A stretch of DNA of 64,000 nucleotides. Origin: Tubulanus polymorphus. Taxonomy: Eukaryota; Animalia; Nemertea. A program made the translations under genes and the position numbers. Below the pieces are notes generated by a model. That model was not told the DNA's origin. It did not search any database and saw only the letters and a list, made by a program, of their open reading frames with translations. The stretch spans positions 7,552,275 to 7,616,274 of the forward strand of contig NC_134032.1 in assembly GCF_964204645.1 (NCBI RefSeq). Direction: 5' to 3'. Position 1 is the stretch's first letter. Every line of letters starts with the position of its first letter. Below, piece after piece: positions 11,901 through 23,698 of this stretch.

Positions 11901-13960
11901 TTATTGCCCAGAACATTTAACTGTAGATGATAGTTATTTAAGTGAATACCAGAAGAAAATAAAACCGAAAGATCATGTTTTTACAGAAAAATTAATACTT
12001 ACTCAAAATAATAAATACAATTATATTGTTCATTAAAGAATGTTAAAATTTTATCTAAAACAAGGAATGAAATTAAAGAAAGTACATAGATATATTGAAT
12101 TTAATCAATCGAAGTGGTTAGAAAAATATATAGATTTCAATACTCAACAGAGAACAATATCAAAAACAGATTTTGAAAAAGATTTCTTCAAATTAATGAA
12201 CAATAGTTTTTATGGTAAAACATGTGAAAATATTAGAAATAGAAATGATATTGAATTAGTAAATAATTCTGAAAGATTAAGACATTTACAATCAAGTCCT
12301 AGACATTTAGGAAATAAAAGATTTGAAGATTATTTAACAGCAGTTAAATTAAAAAGAACGTCAATGAAATTTAATAAACCTATATTCATTGGTTCAACTG
12401 TTTTAGAAGTATCAAAATTATTAATGTATGATTTTTATTATAATGTTTTACAACCACTTTTTGGAGAAAAGCATATTGAAATATTATATTTTGATTCTGT
12501 TACAGCTGACACCCCAATATTATTAAAATGTAATAATAAAATATTGATAAGAAGAATTTCAGAAATAATTCCAAAACAAAATGAATGTTATATTTCATAT
12601 GGTGAAAAAGAATTAATACAAATAAATGGTTTAATGGATATTTGGACAAGAAATGGATGGAAAAAATTAAAGAATATTATTAGGCATAAAACAAATAAGA
12701 AAATCTATAGAGTTAGAACTAAATTAGGGTTCGTTGATGTTACAGAAGATCATAGTTTAATTAAACGAAATGGCGATGAAATAAAACCAACTGATATAAA
12801 AATTGGAGATGAATTATTACATAAAAGATTTTTCCAAAGAATGAATCATATGTCATTTGATGAAATAATTAATAATATTTATAACGTAGAACCCGAAACA
12901 TTAGAAGAAAAAGAAAATTTTATCAAAGGATTTTTCATGGGAGATGGTTCAGCAGGTGTGTATAATTATGTTTGGGGTAATAAATTTTGTTGGTATTTAT
13001 GCAATCAAGACTTGAAATTATTAGAAAGAATTAAGAAATTCTGTGAAGAAGTTTATTCACATAAAACATTTAGGATCGTGGATAATATGAAATCATCAGC
13101 AGGTTATAGAATACTTGTAAATAATCCTAAAGATTTTGCTATAAAATATAATGATGAATTCTATATTCATGCAATAGTGAAAAGTAATACTTCAACAAAA
13201 GAAAAGATAGTTCCAGATTATGTATTAAATGCAAAAAATAATTTAAGAAAATGGTTCTTCATTGGATTCTACGCAGCAGATGGTTCAAAAAGTTTCAAAA
13301 ACCGCAAAACGATATCTTTAGCTCAAAAAGGAAAAGTTGCTATATCAGGATTCAATATATTATGCAATTCATTGGGTTTTAATATGAATATTGGATTGAT
13401 TAAATCTAAACCAAATTGCTTTAATTTAAGCCATGTAGAAAATGAGTTAACAGAAGAAGTTAAGGATTTATTTGAAATATATAACCCATCAGATTATGTT
13501 TATGATTTATCAACTGAAGATGGTACATTTAACTGTGGATTTCCATAATAGCAGTCAATACTGACAGTTACATACTAAAAATCAAGACAAATGATATAAC
13601 AAAAGACTTAAAAACAATGATAATAAAAAGATTCCTGGTAAATTTAAAGATGAACTAGGGGGTGATGAAATGATTGAATTTGTTGGGATAAGAAGCAAAA
13701 TGTATAGTTATAGAACAAAAGATCATGAAGCTAAAAAGTTAAAAGGAATAACAAAACATGTGGTTGATAAACATATAGAATTTCAAGATTATATAAAGTG
13801 TTTATATAACTCAATTGTAATGAAACACAAAATGAATTGTTTAAGATCAGAAGATCACGAGATGTACATTAATGAAGTTGAAAAAACTAGTTTGAATCCA
13901 TTTGATGATAAAAGGCATATTTTAGACGATGGTATAAAAACATTACCTTATGGCCATTAA
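8970..13960 (+). pseudogene. polB: Protein-primed family B DNA polymerase of element A (N-terminal zinc fingers; several stops and frameshifts; intein-interrupted)
   Basis: KCFLWSI, PFVIYGDFES, VRDHDH..YRGAAH..CNL, FHNLSGYD, RFLDSYRF, SIRGG, YIDANNLYG, KLMNNSFYGK, YFD|TDS, EFVGIRSKMYS, FDDKR. Confidence 0.95.
12496..13559 (+). mobile_element. Intein with LAGLIDADG homing endonuclease in PolB motif C (about 355 aa; 1-bp frameshift near its C-terminus)
   Basis: YFD|SVTADTPILLK...VTEDHSL (block B TxxH)...FIKGFFMGDGS...FFIGFYAADGS...YVYDLSTEDGTF...IAVN|TDSYILKIKT; element B has contiguous YFDTDSYILKIKT. Confidence 0.92.
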
Positions 13961-15273
13961 AACATAAAATCAATATCATCATAATCGAAATCACTATTGG
14001 TTTCTTCATTTTCATTTAATTGTTTAGGTTCTTCTTCCATTTCATTTTTCTCATTTAAATAAAGTTCTATCTTGTTCCACATTTCATCTCGCTCTCTTTG
14101 TTTCTTTTTGTTTGTTAATTCATCAAATGGAATTATAATATCTAGGTTTAAATAATTTACAATCTTATTTAAAAAGAATTCATAATTTATTGAATCTGTT
14201 ATTCTATTTTCCAAATGATACATTAATATTTGTTTGAATATTTTGTTTATATTTTTCATATCTTCTTTTGTTAATTTAGGTTTTTCATAATAATCGTTAA
14301 ATAATAAATATAAATACATTTTCTTTTGTTTTGTGTTAAATGTTGACGGAATAATTGTTTTTATAATATATTTTTTAGGTATTTCACCATTTTTAAATTC
14401 TATTATTTTCATTTTTTCAAGCCATTGCATATATTCTGGTGTATGATCTTCTATAGAAAATATTTTAAAAATTTCATCTAGATAATTTAATTTTGGATCT
14501 ATGAGAAAATTTCTAGTTTTTTCTTCACCCAATAAATTCTTTTGCCATCCACATTCATTACAAAATAACACAGTACCTTCTTGTCTTAAGGTCGCATTAC
14601 TACATTGTGGACATTTTCGTTTATAATTTATTGGTAATAGATCTTCATTAAGTTCCTGGTATTTTCTTACGTTTTCTTTATGTTTTATTGTTCTATTATG
14701 TAGATTTGAATTACTTGTTGTAATAATCAAGTTACAATATTTACAATAATATGTTTTTCTTGTTAATTCATTATATTGTTTTTCTAACTTTTCAACTGTT
14801 TCTTTATTATCTGGTAACGTTTTCTCATATTTTATTTTTTCTAATAAATTATCTTTTCTTTCATTGAATTCAGTTTCAAGTTTATTAGAAATTTTATCTA
14901 TATGTGCTTTACGAAATTGATGATTCTCCCAATCTTCTATATTTTCAGGGCTATATTTTACTTGACAAGGCTCACAGATATGATCTTTTATATTATCCTT
15001 GTCATAGAATAAGAAAGGTCTTTTCCAAATAACTTCAGGTTCAACTTCTGCAGAATTACTATTACTTTCGTTACTATCAACATTAGCCGTTGCGCCATTA
15101 ATTTTACACTTCTCTGAATGTTTTTTAACATAATTTCTTGAGAATAATTTATTACATTTTGGACAGTTTAGTTTAGGGGGTTTATAATTTTCTTCATGTT
15201 TTTTCATATGTCGAGCCATATTACTTTTTCTTAGAAGTTCACCACAAATTTCACATGCTATCTGCTCATCCAT
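13957..15273 (-). CDS. Multi-zinc-finger protein with C-terminal VLTF3 (poxvirus late transcription factor 3)-like domain
   Basis: Intact 438 aa; several C2H2-like fingers, then CPQC...FCNECG ribbon and INKIFKQI...SINYEFFLNKI...KKQRERDEMWNKI, which resembles the VLTF3 C-terminus. Confidence 0.6.
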   Translation of the reverse strand: MDEQIACEICGELLRKSNMARHMKKHEENYKPPKLNCPKCNKLFSRNYVKKHSEKCKINGATANVDSNESNSNSAEVEPEVIWKRPFLFYDKDNIKDHICEPCQVKYSPENIEDWENHQFRKAHIDKISNKLETEFNERKDNLLEKIKYEKTLPDNKETVEKLEKQYNELTRKTYYCKYCNLIITTSNSNLHNRTIKHKENVRKYQELNEDLLPINYKRKCPQCSNATLRQEGTVLFCNECGWQKNLLGEEKTRNFLIDPKLNYLDEIFKIFSIEDHTPEYMQWLEKMKIIEFKNGEIPKKYIIKTIIPSTFNTKQKKMYLYLLFNDYYEKPKLTKEDMKNINKIFKQILMYHLENRITDSINYEFFLNKIVNYLNLDIIIPFDELTNKKKQRERDEMWNKIELYLNEKNEMEEEPKQLNENEETNSDFDYDDIDFMF

Positions 15274-15341
15274 TTATTTAGGAAAAATTTTATTAAAATT
15301 AATTTTTAGTGATGAGCGGTAATTTTTTTATGTTATAAATA

Positions 15342-15906
15342 ATGGTAGAATTAAAAGAATACAGAATTTTTGTTGATTCTAGAAGGATTATATAATTTAG
15401 ATACATTAGAACAAGAAATTAATAGAAAAGCTCGAGCTAAATTAGGAAGTGATTCTAAATTTAATATTAAATTCATAAAAAGTGAGAGCTCTAATAAAAT
15501 TAAAATAAAGTTAGATGATGAAAGTAAATATGCAATTATGGTATGGAAACCTTTAGCTAAACTGTTAGGAATTGAACCACTATCTGTTACAGGAAACGTA
15601 GGCGGTAATTCAAATATAATACCTTTTACACATTTTTATATTTATTGCAATTTAATTGACACAACAAAAACATTTGAAGCAACTAAAGATACAATTTGTA
15701 ATTCTAGTATATTAAATATTTTACCATTAAAAAATGTCAAACAATTTGGAACGCAAATAAATTATAATTTAACTGAATGTGATTTTAAACCTTGTATTCC
15801 ACATTTCAATAATTTTAAATTAGAAATTAGAAATCATAATGGATATTTAATTGATTTGAAAAACTTTCCTGTGATATATGAATTAGTTATAAGATGTAGA
15901 GAGTAA
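15342..15906 (+). pseudogene. Minor capsid (penton)-like protein, internally deleted
   Basis: MVELKEYRIFVDSR start, GLYNL..L, FYIYCNLI, ILNILP, LEIRNHNGYLID; homologous to 46780-47531 but lacks its N-proximal segment. Confidence 0.6.
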
Positions 15907-15922
15907 TTTTTTCACTATATAA

Positions 15923-16282
15923 ATGAATATAACTGTTGGACCGAGTATATGTTTTGGATTTGATTTTAAACGTGAGAAAGAAATGAAATTTAACGTTAAT
16001 GATGTAATTACACATATCAAAAATATTGCATATTCTAATGAAACAACATTTGAGTATGAAACAACAATAAATAAAGAAACTTTAAATGTAAAAAAGATTA
16101 CTAATTCAATTAGAGAATCTTTAAGATTTTATGGATTAGATGAAGATTTTATCATAGATGATATTAAAAAAATTATAATTGAAATATATGATAATCATAA
16201 AAGTAGTAATGAAATAAATGTTGAATTAATCATCACTAAGATAACTAAATATTTTGAAGATAGTAATTTTTTTGATAAATAA
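15923..16282 (+). CDS. Conserved element protein, 119 aa, unknown function
   Basis: Near-identical copy at 46404-46763; TAAATG start. Confidence 0.8.
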   Translation: MNITVGPSICFGFDFKREKEMKFNVNDVITHIKNIAYSNETTFEYETTINKETLNVKKITNSIRESLRFYGLDEDFIIDDIKKIIIEIYDNHKSSNEINVELIITKITKYFEDSNFFDK

Positions 16283-16504
16283 ATGAGTGATAATAAGTGG
16301 ATAATAACTGGATTATATAATGGCGCCTTACTATCAGTTGGAACTGTTGGTTATTCAATGGTATTTAAAAAAGTATTCAAAATGGGAAGTGTTAATGTTG
16401 ATAGATTTGATATAAATTATATTTTAAAATTAACATTAGCAGTTACTTTATCTAATTTAACTATTGATTATTTGGAAAAACAAAAATATATTCCTCCCAT
16501 ATAA
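16283..16504 (+). CDS. Small hydrophobic protein, 73 aa
   Basis: Two hydrophobic segments; near-identical copy at 46186-46407. Confidence 0.8.
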   Translation: MSDNKWIITGLYNGALLSVGTVGYSMVFKKVFKMGSVNVDRFDINYILKLTLAVTLSNLTIDYLEKQKYIPPI

Positions 16505-16521
16505 TTTTTTTTGCTAAATAA

Positions 16522-16944
16522 ATGGCTTCTGCAATTATAACTATTATAGGATCGGCAATTGTTAACGCTTTAGCATTTACTGGTGGTGGATATTTAGTTA
16601 AACATATTGATAAAAATAGTTCATTAGGAGAACAAAGAAGACATAACTTAGCATTAGAGAAATACAATAAAGCTGCAGAAGAATATAGAGAAAAAAGACA
16701 AAACTATATGGATTACATCAATAAAGAATTATATGACCAGAAGATTTCACATAGAGATTTTCAATCAGTTGATGATGCAATGAGTTTATATAACGCGGTA
16801 ACCAATAAAGAAAAATTACATCTATACAAACCTAAATTATCAGATTATTATACCCCGAGTAAAGAACAACAGAAATATGAAATAATTTGGATTTTAGGGG
16901 GAACAGTTATTGTTATATTTGTAGCATATAAATTTACTAATTAG
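16522..16944 (+). CDS. 140-aa protein with hydrophobic termini and central coiled region
   Basis: MASAIITIIGSAIVNALAFTGG...RRHNLALEKY...C-terminal TM; near-identical copy at 45738-46160. Confidence 0.85.
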   Translation: MASAIITIIGSAIVNALAFTGGGYLVKHIDKNSSLGEQRRHNLALEKYNKAAEEYREKRQNYMDYINKELYDQKISHRDFQSVDDAMSLYNAVTNKEKLHLYKPKLSDYYTPSKEQQKYEIIWILGGTVIVIFVAYKFTN

Positions 16945-16963
16945 TAATTTTTATTCTAAATAA

Positions 16964-17390
16964 ATGGAAGATAAAGTTGATAATATTGATATTATTCCTC
17001 ATGATATAAATAAAACTAAATTAAAAATATATTTAGAAAAACAAATATTAGAATTTGAAAGTAACTTAAAAGTTAAAAAGAAAAAATATTTAAAATCTAA
17101 AATTATATATTATTTGATTATAAGTGGTTCGGTTACAATTAGTTCTGTAATAACATTTCTAGCAATATTCAGTCCATTAACACATTTAGCTATATCAATT
17201 GGCGTATTAGGATTAAGTTCAAGTGTTTTAACTGGTATAAGTTCAAAATTGAATATAAAAAGTAATAAAGAAAAAATTAAAACTAATATAAAAGAAATTA
17301 AAGAACACACTAGATTATATAATAAGTTTAAATGGCCATATAACAGTTGAACAACAAGATAAATTATTAAAAGAATTAATAAATTATTAA
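16964..17390 (+). pseudogene. Two-TM protein with coiled tail (frameshifted)
   Basis: Homologous to 45279-45712; the two copies carry different lesions. Confidence 0.75.
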
Positions 17391-17406
17391 TTTTTTAATT
17401 ATATAA

Positions 17407-18795
17407 ATGGTAGATAGTTTTCCAAAAGCTTTCCAATATAATAAATCAATTAAATATAATATTCCAGCAATAGATTTTAATAAAGATATTACATATAGAA
17501 ATGAAGTTTTAGATTCATTAACTAATTTAGAAATGTATGTTACTGAAACTAATAATTTTAATGCAAAGATGGAAAATATATTTCATGTATATTTAATTAA
17601 TTTTAAAAAATTGAAAGATGAAAAACAATGGTTATTAAAATCTAATATGAAGTATTGGCAGAATCAATTAAATTTTGCTGTTTATTGTGCAACAACAGGT
17701 TGTGGAATTATTTGGAATGATCATTTGAATAATTCTGAATATAAATTAATTCAAAGTTTATTTAGATTTCATACATACTTTCAAATAAGAATAATATTAA
17801 ATGAATTAGAGTGCGCTTTACCAGGATCTAGGTATTTTAAAGAATTAGATAATAATATTAATTTATCAAAGTTTTATAAAATTTGTAATGAATTTAATAT
17901 AGATATAAATAATTCTGATATTAGAACAAAAATTGGAACAATAAGATCACTTCCTTGCCCTAAAAAGATTGCAGAATATTGTGCACTTCCCATACCATCT
18001 AATAGTTTTTATAATATCTATAGTAATAAATTAGGTTATGGTAAAATAGAAACTAAGGATTTAGAAACATTAAATTTCAATAAATTACCGACATTTTATG
18101 ATAGTTTAAAACAAGAAAATAATAATGGTTGGGTTTATTTTATTTTAGAAAATAATGAAGGTTTTACGAAATCAGGTATACAAAGAATAAATCAATCTAT
18201 TAGAACTTATTTGATATGTATTCTAGGTGCACAAGTTGAAACAAGATCACCGATAATTGGAAATTTGAATACATCATTCGATACACAAAAACAATTTAAA
18301 GTTTTATTTGAAGATTCCATACATAATGATAAAAATAGATCGATTCCAGAAAACATTGTCAGATATCAAAATTATTTAGATAAATCACATATTAGATTAA
18401 ATTATTGTATAGGCCCTAATCTATTAATTATTTCTAATGATTTAGTATTAAAGGTGGGAAATATAATTGGTTATAATAATCTAATAAAAACTGCAACAAT
18501 AAATAATTCATTTGGATTGAATGATATAAATAAATAGATTATTACTGCTCCAAAATTAATGGAAGGTGTAAAAAATAAAAAACATATTCAATCAACAGAA
18601 ACTAAAACTAAGAATATTAAATTGGATAATGACTCCAAAATAAAAGATTACAATACATCAGAAAATATAAGAACTGATAATATTCAACATGATATAATTA
18701 AAACTGATAATGATAATAAATCCCATGAAAATACTAAATTAGCTTTAACTTGTATAGGAATTGTTATATGAGGAATATTATATTTTAAATTTTAA
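17407..18795 (+). pseudogene. Conserved ~460-aa element protein with C-terminal TM (internal stops)
   Basis: WQNQLNFAVYCATTGCG motif; homolog at 43912-45262 reads through the stop at 18535-18537. Confidence 0.8.
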
Positions 18796-18811
18796 TTTTT
18801 TTATTATATAA

Positions 18812-20258
18812 ATGGATGTAGAAGGTGGAGAAGATATTGGAATGGATAATTTTGATGAACCTGGCATAACTGATGAACAACCACCTGATTTTGATGAAAC
18901 AAGTTTTAATGATGGCAATGAGCCAGAATGTAATAATAATTTAAATATGCCTGATTATATTAAAAATGCAGAATCACAATTAAATCCTGAAAATTTAGAC
19001 CCAGATTTAGTTAAACAAGATTTAGATAATTTAAACAAAATACCTAAATTAGAAGATTGAAAAATCTAAACTTGACATAAATGATGAAGACGTTGGACTT
19101 TTAGCAGATCAATTAAAATTTTTAGATAATGGTAAATGTTATTATCGTTTGAAAGGTGATTATTATATTGATATCACTTCTAAAAATAATAAAAAAATAT
19201 TAGCGGAATCAACTTTGAAAAGTTTAAAACCAGATAAAATTAAAATAATAAGTAATAGTAATGAAATAACTGATGTTACACAAAAAGAAATAGATGATAA
19301 TATAGACGTATTTAAACAAAGAATTAATGAATTATTTGAAATAATCAAAAAGAAATCAGAAACAGAAACAACTTCTGAACAGAATATAACTTCCAAAAAT
19401 AGTAAACTTAAATCAAATAAAGTTCCAATTGAAAAACTTTTACCGAATGGATTACTTGATGCAACAGATCAAGAATTAGAAGATTTAGATATATTTTCTG
19501 ATAAAGCAATTAGAGAGATTATTAGTATAAGAAATGCATCTGATAAAATTGCGCATGATAAAAGTATAAGAGATTTTAAAATTAGAACTTTGGAAAAAGA
19601 CAGAACTGATAAAATTAAAGAAATAGAACAATTAAAATTAGATAGAGATAATAAAGTTATTAAAGAAATTGAATTTAAAAAAAGAAATGCATATTTAGAA
19701 AAAGAAATTGATGATTTAGAATATAACATAGAATTACAAAAAGAAGAAATTAAATTATTATTAAAATCATATGATTATAATATTAATAGATTAAAAGTTA
19801 TTTTTAAAGATTTGTTGATAAAACCAAATTCTGAAATATCATTGAAAGATAGAATAAAGTTATTATTTAAATTAGAAGGAATAACAATTCTTTCAATTCT
19901 AACAGCTGTTACTATGTTATTTACAACAATTGGTTTAGCAATATCAAATGCTTTAAAATCTACTCCTACTCCAAATAAACCAGATAAACCCCCAGGCAAT
20001 AATTCTATACAAGATAAAGTTAAAGATGGTTTAAAGAAATTAGCAAAATATTTATGGGAACTATCGAACAAATCTGCTGCAGCATTACCAGGAATTATTG
20101 CATCAATTGTTGGTTTTATATTGAAATCTGCAGGAAACATTATTAACTTTGCTGCTGAACATATTATTTTATTTTTAATAACAGTTGTTAGTGCAATTAT
20201 TTTTGGGTTAGTGAATATGATATCAAAAAGATATCAAGAAAAAAATAATAAAAAATAA
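18812..20258 (+). pseudogene. Acidic N-terminus / coiled-coil / C-terminal hydrophobic-helix protein (broken)
   Basis: Two ORF pieces align with the intact 491-aa ORF 42420-43895. Confidence 0.8.
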
Positions 20259-20282
20259 ATAATTAATTTTTTTGTTACATAA

Positions 20283-22539
20283 ATGAGTGGGAGTTATATA
20301 AGTCCTTCTAAGATTTCTAGAATATCTAATGCTATTAAAGCAGAAAGATCACATCATATAATTACTCATAACCCTTCTAATATTAATCCCGATGAAACTT
20401 TATATGTTAGAATTCCTAGATTAACACAAAATACTTTTTATGTTCCAAATAGTATTTATTTATCAGCTGATATAAAAGTAACTGGCCATGATAATAATTA
20501 TGTTGTTGATAATGTTGGAAGGTATTTGATTAAAAAATTAACTATAAAGATTGGTCCAGAAACAGTTTTCTCATTAGATGATTATAATTTATTTATGCAT
20601 TATAAAGATTTATGGTTAACTAAAGAAAATAGAAATACAGGGTGTCCCATTAATTACTATACATAAAGAACTGCCTGTCATTTTCAAACCGCTTGAGATA
20701 TATCAGCCAAATCTTCAGGAGAGATGGACTACAATAATACTTTTCACCACAAAAATTACTTAGCTAAAATCAAATTAGTTTAAAAAATATGCTGGATGGG
20801 AGAACCTTTCAATTTTCTCACATGATTCAGTCTATTGTTGAAATTTCTCAGTACATTGACAATCATCTGTGTTATTGCAGTTGTTTCTCTTTAAATCATC
20901 AATAGTTTCTGGCTTGTTTTGGTACACTGTGTCCTTCAGCTAGCCCCACAAGTATCCAGTGGATTTAAGTCAGGCGAGTATGGGGCCCAGTCGTTTACAG
21001 TTTGGAGCGCTGAGATTCTGTCACCGAAATGCCTATGCAGAACATCAATTGTTTTGTGTGCTGAAAGACATTGCCCACCATTCTGTCGGGACCACACAGG
21101 ATTGAGACATCCTCTAGACATCTACGAATTTTGTAATGGAGTACTGAATCAGCATCTTATGATAGCTGGCTCCATTCATAGTCAGCATTTCCTTTTTTGT
21201 CAAAAAGGTATGGCCCGATTATAGGCCCACTGGATGACCTACTGTATGGCAAATCCAAAGATCACACCTCGTAGAGAACAGACAGCTCACTTGATGACAT
21301 TGATAAAGTGGCTTCTCTGCAATCAAATAGGGATTCTTGACACCAAAATCTATGGTTCAGACTGACAGAAAGATTTGGTTTCCTAAAACCAGCATACCAT
21401 CTAGGCTTTTTGTTTCAGAGACATAGATATGATTTAACAGTGATCTATTCTTAATCAGAATTATACAAAATCACTACAACAATGTAATCAGTTGCTAGCA
21501 AATCACTAAGCAAATTACCATAGCAACCATGATAATAATCAAAAAGTACTGTTACATTCTATCATTTGGTGGAAAATCGAAACATTTCATTAAGAAATGT
21601 GGAGGATACAGGCAGTTCTTTATGTATAGTAATTAATGGGACACCCTGTAATATGATATTTCAGGGTATTCAATCGGAAAACCATAATAAATTAAGATCA
21701 GGAGCTAATGACGCAATAGTAACTCGTGCCACAGATAATTTGATTAAAAAGATTTATGGAAGCAAATATAAAATTCAATTAGACTTTGAATTGATAAATA
21801 ATAATGCACCTTTATATAAATATGTAATTCAAGAAGATATTATATTTGAGATAACATTTGCTCCTGTAAATGAAATTGTATTATCTAGCGTTGTTAAAGA
21901 TATGGGTTATAAATTATCGAATATATGTTTAGAATATGACACAGTAACTAATGAAAATATTGCTAGTACAATTCAAACTCAATACAATCAAGGATTTTCA
22001 TTATTATATGATTATATTGATAAATTTAAAACTGTAACTATTAATGCAAATGATGAAATTATTAATGAGAATATTAACTTCCCAAGAAGATCGATTAAAG
22101 GTATATTAATATTTTTTACCATTGCAACATATTCTAATGGCGCAATAAAGGTAGATAATTATTATAATCCTGAAATAACAAAAGTAGAAATAACTATCGA
22201 AGGAATAGCAAATAAAATATTTTGTCAAGGAATGAGAATGATTGATCAATGGCCAGAAATTAGAAAACATTTTATGAATGAAAAAGTAAAATCATTTGAA
22301 AATTGTAATATTAATCAAATTGATTATTATACCGGCAATAAATATGCATTATGGTTGGATTTTAGAACAACAGAGGATAATTCATTACATGGTTCTGGGA
22401 AAAAACTACAGAACACTAAAGATGGAATACAATTATTTATGAAAAAAAAGGAAGCTTAAATTTCAAAATGCACATTAATATTATATCTGACGCACAATTA
22501 AATATTGTAAATTCACAATTAGATAGTTTTCAATATTAG
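20283..22539 (+). pseudogene. Major capsid protein of element A, interrupted by a Tc1/mariner element
   Basis: HIITHNPSNI..ETLYVRIPRL...NVGRYLIK...LSNICLEYD...INFPRRSIKGIL...YNPEITKVEITIEG...KYALWLDFRT; removing 20638-21650 restores KENRNNMIF as in element B. Capsid identity inferred from size, position and family resemblance. Confidence 0.75.
20638..21648 (-). mobile_element. Tc1/mariner-superfamily element (1011 bp, degenerate transposase)
   Basis: Perfect 41-bp TIRs CAGGGTGTCCCATTAATTACTATACATAAAGAACTGCCTGT, TA TSD on both sides, WAPYSPDLNPLD motif on the minus strand. Confidence 0.95.
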
Positions 22540-22569
22540 AAATATAAAGTTAAAATTAAGGATATATAA

Positions 22570-23698
22570 ATGGGAGGTAAAAAAAACTCCTAATACTAAA
22601 GAACAATATTTAAGAAATTTATATTACAACCCTGAGAGTTCGGTTGCTTATTCTTCTACCAAACATATATGGCGTCAAGTAAAACAAGATAAATTAGATA
22701 AGATAATCCCACAAAATTTAGTTAAATATAAAGATATAAATGAATTTATGTTAGAACAACCAACATATACAACACATAAAAAAATTGTTAGAAAATATAA
22801 AACTCGTAAAACTATGGTAAGTTATGTAGATCAACAGTGGCAAGGAGATTTAATTGATATGAAAAATGTTAAGAAAGATAATGATGATTATTGGTGGTTA
22901 TTGAATATAATTGATATTTTTAGTCGTTATGTATGGAGCTTCCCACTTTATAGAAAAGATGCTGTACAAACATCAAATGTTTTAAGAAAATTTCTTTCGG
23001 ATGATAAACTAAAACCAGAAAAAATACAATTTGATGATGGAAAAGAATTTGATAATTCACTTGTTCATGAACTCTTAGATAATCATAATATTAAATATTT
23101 TTCAACAAAATCGGATAAAAAAGCAGCAGTTGTTGAACGATTTAATAGAAAATTAAGAACAAGAATGTGGAAATATTTTACAGCAAATAATACTTTTAAA
23201 TGGATTGATGTTTTACCAAAATTGATAGAAGGATATAATAATTCTTATCATTCTTCTATTGGAATGAAACCTATTGATGCTAGAAAACCTAAAAATGCTG
23301 AAATTGTTTGGAATAATTTATATGGAGCATTTCTTGTAGATGATTTTGGTGAACCTAAATTTAAAGTTGGTCAAAATGTAAGAATTTCTAAGTATAAAAA
23401 GATATTTGACAAAGGATACGATCGAAATTTTACTAGGGAAATATATAAAATAAAAAAGGTAATAACAACAAAACCATATGTTTATAAATTCGAAGATTTA
23501 GATGGTGAAGAAGTTGATGGGTATTTTTATGAAGAAGAATTGAGTTTAACTACTGAAAATCTAGAACAAGAATATAAAATTGAAAAAGTATTAAAAACAA
23601 AAACTATTAAAAGAAAAAAATATTCTTTAGTAAAATGGGTTGGATGACCAGATAAATTCAATGAATGGATATTATCAAGTAAAATTAAAAATATATAA
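22570..23698 (+). pseudogene. Retroviral-like (RVE) integrase with C-terminal chromodomain, element A
   Basis: WQGDLID, IDIFSRY, IQFDDGKEF, VERFNR, YNNSYHSSIGMKP, FKVGQNVRIS, YKIEKVLK...LVKW; frameshift near start and a late stop. Confidence 0.92.

Noticed and set aside
19163-20140. Antisense ORFs over viral genes (also 42430-42891, 40569-40916, 557-793, 977-1264)
   Set aside because: Shadow ORFs of real genes, with no motifs or TAAATG starts.
21566-21650. Apparent N-terminus of a 297-aa ORF (21566-22459)
   Set aside because: It derives from the mariner TIR; the rest is the 3' part of the capsid gene.
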